64,000 bases of DNA. Source: Phaeosaccion multiseriatum (Eukaryota > Protista > Ochrophyta, other classes). The notes beneath the pieces are model-generated. The model saw only the letters and a list, made by a program, of their open reading frames with translations. It was not told the DNA's origin and searched no databases. Positions 61,660 to 64,000 of the stretch are shown here, piece by piece (position 1 is the stretch's first letter; the number at the start of each line of letters is the position of its first letter). A program made the translations under genes and the position numbers. Where the stretch lies: contig OZ218953.1 in the NCBI GenBank assembly GCA_965112735.1, positions 2,604,001-2,668,000 on the forward strand, in the 5' to 3' direction.

Positions 61660-61969
61660 CGGCGGTTGGGCATGTAGTGCGTGCACCTCCGTCAACCACG
61701 CCTTGGTGCCAAGTTGCGAGTTCTGCGGGTTGGCGACAGCGGGTAGGACAGTGGCAGCGGCGGCAGCAGCAGCACCTCAGGTGTTGGCCCAAGGCCTCGT
61801 GGGAAAGTCGGAGGAAGAGCTCCTCGCGGAAGCAATACAGCGTTCCATGGATGCAGCAGCAGGTGCAGCTCAGCCGCCGGTCCACGGCCTCACAGTATCT
61901 GCGCAGGGGGGGAAGTCGGAGGAGGAGCTTCTCGCCGAAGCCATTCAGCGGTCCATGGAAGAGTCGTGA
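59399..61969 (+). CDS. WSS1: Wss1-like WLM metalloprotease with SHP/VIM motifs, three RanBP2/NZF zinc fingers and two UIMs
   Basis: Exons 59399-59488, 59743-59878, ~60102-60239, 60424-60963 and 61182-61969. Motifs: LLEFQPKDAGLLGMNCNRGSKILIRLR; TMLHELVHNEIGSHSADFY (HExxH); FMGAGQKLGG (SHP); AARGAAEKR and MLAAAERRR (VIM-like); WTCELCTLIN, WKCPVCQFQN and WACSACTSVN; SEEELLAEAIQRSM twice. Confidence 0.92.
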
Positions 61970-62231
61970 GAAGGGGGGGGGGGGCGCGTGAGGAAGAGCT
62001 CTGTTATAGATGCTACATGCACGCGCGCCAATGTCCATAGCTGTACACAAAGGGGTTATCAATAGTCGAGCTGTAGCTGTAGTGATTAGACCTTATCCAA
62101 TAATCTACAATTTTGACGGGGGACGAGATACCGCCTAAAGTGGTAGTCGTAAGAGAGGAAAGGAGAAAAAATCGAAGGGCCCAATCAAAAATCGAGATCG
62201 ACATTTAAGCGGTTGACGCTCAGACCTGACC

Positions 62232-62867
62232 ATGGCTTCCCAGTCTGCCCCTTGGGGTGTGCCTCCAATTGGTCAAGGCCAAAGCGCACTGTTGCGAGAC
62301 CTCTCTTCGTCTACAGGCCTTGACCTGGAAGCCATCCGCAGCAAATGGAAAGGCGAGGCGCAAATCCAGAGGCAACAAGATCAGGACTCAAAGAGCGCAG
62401 CAGCGGGCCAAACCAAGGAAGAGCACGCCGAGCTCTGCAAAGAAATAGGTTAGTGCATGTACTGGACTTCCATCCAGCTGGCAGTCATGCAGTTGTCGAG
62501 TCTTACCATGCTGTGTGCGCTTGTGCTCGTGCTAATCACACTCTTTGCAGCGCGGCTAGACAAGTGGAAGATCTGCTCAGACTGCCAAGGACAGGGCTAT
62601 GTGGAGACACTCTACAACCACATGCGTTTAAAACGCAATTGCGAAGGTGCGTGCTCAGAACCCTCAACTAGGGAGGAAGAGAAAGGAGCTAGGGAGGGAG
62701 GGTCATCCGCTCCGCTTCCCTCCTTTCCCTCCTTCCAAGTCTGGAGTGGCACATGACTGTTGCCGCTTACCCTACAGATGCTGTTCCCCTGCCGTTGGCT
62801 CTATATTGTAGACTGTGACGGAGAGGGCATTCGGCTCCGCGAAGGACACGCCCAGGTCAAGGATTGA
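62232..62867 (+). CDS. Small protein with a single DnaJ-type zinc finger (CxxCxGxG twice)
   Basis: Exons 62232-62448, 62551-62647 and 62812-62867 give ...KICSDCQGQGYVETLYNHMRLKRNCE|DCDGEGIRLREGHAQVKD*. Confidence 0.75.
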
Positions 62868-62958
62868 TTGCTCGTGCACACGGCGGCAAAGATGGGGAAA
62901 AGCTTTAAATACGACTGGCGTGCTCTCCGAGAAACGAGGCAGAGCCATCCATCGAGGC

Positions 62959-63208
62959 TCAAAGCGGACCTTCGATGAAGGAGTGAGGAAGGTCCGCTTG
63001 ACACCAAGCCGCGAGCCATGGCAGAGCTACATGCCAGGTACCATACATCGAGGCGAAGGCGGGCGGTCTGTCTGTGTGCGCCCTGTTTGGACTGCCAAGC
63101 TTGACGAGGGAGCTGCTTTGCTCACGTACCAAGACTTGAGTCGGGGCACCCGCCCCGCTCCGGTAGCCTACGCTGCACTTCCGCCGATCGCAGTAAGTCG
63201 GCAAGGCA

Positions 63209-63288
<80 letters not shown>

Positions 63289-64000
63289 GAGAGAGACGCT
63301 CACTCCCGACAGAGGATGGCCTTCCGCATTGAGCAAGATCGAGAGGAGTAGACGAGAGAGAAAGAGAAGCCACAGTCTCGCCGGGTGACAACACGCGGCA
63401 GGGCTGGTGGGGTGTGCTTCCTTCTGTTTGGAATGTTTCCGCTGTCTGTAGTCCTGTAGAGACGCAATTGCTCCATGGCATCCCTCGCTCGACTGCCTTT
63501 TCGGTGGGGGGTTGGACGAATAGAAACCTCTCGTTCGCTCCATCCTCGCCTTGATAGGAAGAGATGGGGTGGTGTAGTGGGGGTGAACAGCGGCAGCAAG
63601 GGTGAGCTGTAGTGTGGTGCCTGTGGAGGAGGCGGAGCACGAAAGCGGGAAGAGAAGATTGATACTACAGTAGCCGATCTATCCGTCCGTTCACAGAGCC
63701 AACTTTCTCCATCTCATCTCTCTAACATATTCTTGTGCTTAATGTAGCAGTCTGGCCTTCATCTTGTCACCTATGGAAGTCCACGCTCGCTCCTTCCCAC
63801 TGAAGGCCTCGTGCGCCTCCCCCCCCCCCAGTAAATACTCCCTTCGTCTCCTTCTCCTCCTTCTTCTCCTCCTCCTACTCCTTCTTGTGGTTCTTCTTGT
63901 TCTTCTCTTAGGTCACCTCACTTTGGCTCCTCAGCTGGCGCTCAGCCAGGCGATGGCCCGAATGGCGGCAAGAGGAGACAACATGCCATACACCACCACC
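62959..64000 (-). CDS. Possible 3' part of an unidentified spliced gene running off the window edge
   Basis: Minus-strand donor/acceptor-like sites flank short non-repetitive blocks (~63916-64000, ~63770-63802, ~63440-63550, ~63303-63346). No recognisable domain, and the frame is uncertain. Confidence 0.3.

Noticed and set aside
62865-62999. Selenocysteine read-through of the TGA with a downstream SECIS
   Set aside because: The TGA is not in a redox motif, and the hairpin lacks the AUGA/GA quartet with an apical AA at the right spacing.

Overview
Gene-dense, GC-rich eukaryotic genomic DNA with many GT-AG introns filled with microsatellites. It is most likely a photosynthetic stramenopile (ochrophyte) alga; this is inferred from two genes with signal-peptide + F/W bipartite plastid presequences. 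About 14 spliced genes can be reconstructed by eye. In order: a GRAM-domain protein (-), an SH3-PX-coiled-coil protein (+), eIF1A (+), a very divergent CEP104-like protein (-), a PPR protein (+), a putative plastid membrane protein (-), BioF/KAPA synthase ending in the PTS1 signal SRL (+), a single-pass membrane protein with PPxY motifs (-), a USP36/42-like deubiquitinase (-), MPP-beta (+), an Slm1-like BAR-PH protein (-), a plastid-targeted RoxA/YcfD-like JmjC oxygenase (-), a Wss1/WLM protease with NZF and UIM modules (+), and a small DnaJ-type zinc-finger protein (+). A partial gene may sit at the right edge. Ten of these genes form five tight head-to-head pairs. Non-coding points of interest: a 161-bp MITE-like element, several minisatellites, introns whose ends duplicate adjacent exon sequence, and a microsatellite-free 2-kb intergenic segment with inverted repeats. 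Most ORFs in the supplied track are artefacts of simple repeats. Domain calls come from motif recognition by eye, not database searches, and exon boundaries are approximate unless stated.
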